Source of the DNA: Promethearchaeota archaeon
GTDB taxonomy: Archaea > Asgardarchaeota > Lokiarchaeia > Sigyniarchaeales > SOKP01
Length of the DNA stretch: 38,995 nucleotides
Reading direction: 5' to 3'
Assembly (NCBI GenBank): GCA_011364975.1
Contig: RDOE01000028.1
Coordinates: 1-38,995 of the forward strand
Both the position numbers and the translations under genes were made by a program. Positions within the stretch are counted from its first letter, which is position 1. Each line of letters begins with the position of its first letter. The notes under the pieces were generated by a model, which searched no databases, was not told the DNA's origin, and saw only the letters and a list, made by a program, of their open reading frames with translations. Below are positions 38,288-38,995 of the stretch, in pieces.

Positions 38288-38995
38288 TCAATCTTGAATT
38301 CCATCCTCAGTAATAGAAAAAATCGCTTCTCCTTCAGGTAAATGAGGGGCATCAACTAATTTTGCAACTCTCTGCTCTCCTTTTCCTTTACGCAGCCTAA
38401 TTCTGATTGTTGCTCCATGAGCAATAATATTCCCTCCCGTAGCCGTTAATGGATCTCCATAAAAAACATCTGGTTTTGAAGAAACTTGATTAGTAATTAA
38501 TACTGCTAATTCATCATACATTTCAGTTAATCTTAATAAATCATGAACATGGCTATTTAGCGTTTGTTGTCTACTTGCTAATGTACCACGACCTACGTAT
38601 TCACTGCGAAAATGGCCAATAATTGAGTCCACTATTATTAACTTTATATTTTTTTCATCTACAATTTTTGATGCCTCTCTGGCTAATAAAACCTGATGAT
38701 CGCTATTAAATGCTCTCCCTACTGTAATATTTTTTAAAATTATACGATGATCTAAATTTTTTCCTTCAGCCATTTGAATGATACGTTCTGGTCTGAAAGT
38801 CCCTTCGGTATCAATGTATAGCGCATTGCCTTCAAGACCCCCATCCTCATAAGTCAATTGGACATTAACACAAAGTTGATGAGCAATCTGTGTTTTACCT
38901 GTTCGATATTCTCCGAATAGTTCAGTTACAGATCCAGGTTCAATACCGCCCATTAGTAAATCGTCTAAGTTCTGACTTCCCGTGGTTAAGTGATT
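38288..38995 (-). CDS. radA: DNA repair/recombination protein RadA (5' end outside the window)
   Basis: TTGSQNLDDLL.GG, GEYRTGKTQ, YIDTEGTFRPERI, IVDSI, FRSEYVGRGTLASRQQ, TNQV, GGNIIAH. Confidence 0.92.
   Translation of the reverse strand, partial: NHLTTGSQNLDDLLMGGIEPGSVTELFGEYRTGKTQIAHQLCVNVQLTYEDGGLEGNALYIDTEGTFRPERIIQMAEGKNLDHRIILKNITVGRAFNSDHQVLLAREASKIVDEKNIKLIIVDSIIGHFRSEYVGRGTLASRQQTLNSHVHDLLRLTEMYDELAVLITNQVSSKPDVFYGDPLTATGGNIIAHGATIRIRLRKGKGEQRVAKLVDAPHLPEGEAIFSITEDGIQD

Noticed and set aside
1-38995. tRNA/rRNA genes, CRISPR arrays, transposases, selenoprotein UGA/SECIS
   Set aside because: By eye I found no GC-rich structured RNA, regularly spaced repeats, transposase motifs or in-frame UGA at a conserved Cys position; no covariance-model search could be run.

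Overview
AT-rich archaeal window, most likely from an Asgard archaeon of the Lokiarchaeia type; this is inferred from gene content and protein style, not from a database search. In order it carries: a partial alkyl-DHAP-synthase-like FAD oxidoreductase; an amino-sugar cluster (phosphohexomutase, SIS protein, glmS); a GH13 hydrolase; a 2-hydroxyacyl-CoA dehydratase system (activator, two subunit genes, one displaced duplicate); an AIF-like flavoprotein; two VIT1/CCC1-like genes with a DUF47 protein; a rearranged A/V-ATPase operon (K-C-H-F-E-A-B-D-I) followed by a second, degenerate A subunit; tRNA splicing endonuclease EndA; MEMO1; pfkB; OsmC; and a partial radA. Main finding: the dehydratase activator gene is interrupted by a 30-nt, stop-containing insert (18596-18625, minus strand) that folds into a bulge-helix-bulge motif. 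Removing it at the canonical EndA cut sites restores the conserved MNDKCAAGTG motif exactly, making it a candidate archaeal-type intron in a protein-coding mRNA. The EndA in this window has a crenarchaeal-type loop associated with relaxed-motif cleavage. Second finding: three genes appear to start at ACG or ATA behind Shine-Dalgarno-like sites. Caveat: three other broken ORFs look like local assembly errors or decay, so every disruption, including the intron candidate, needs read-level confirmation.
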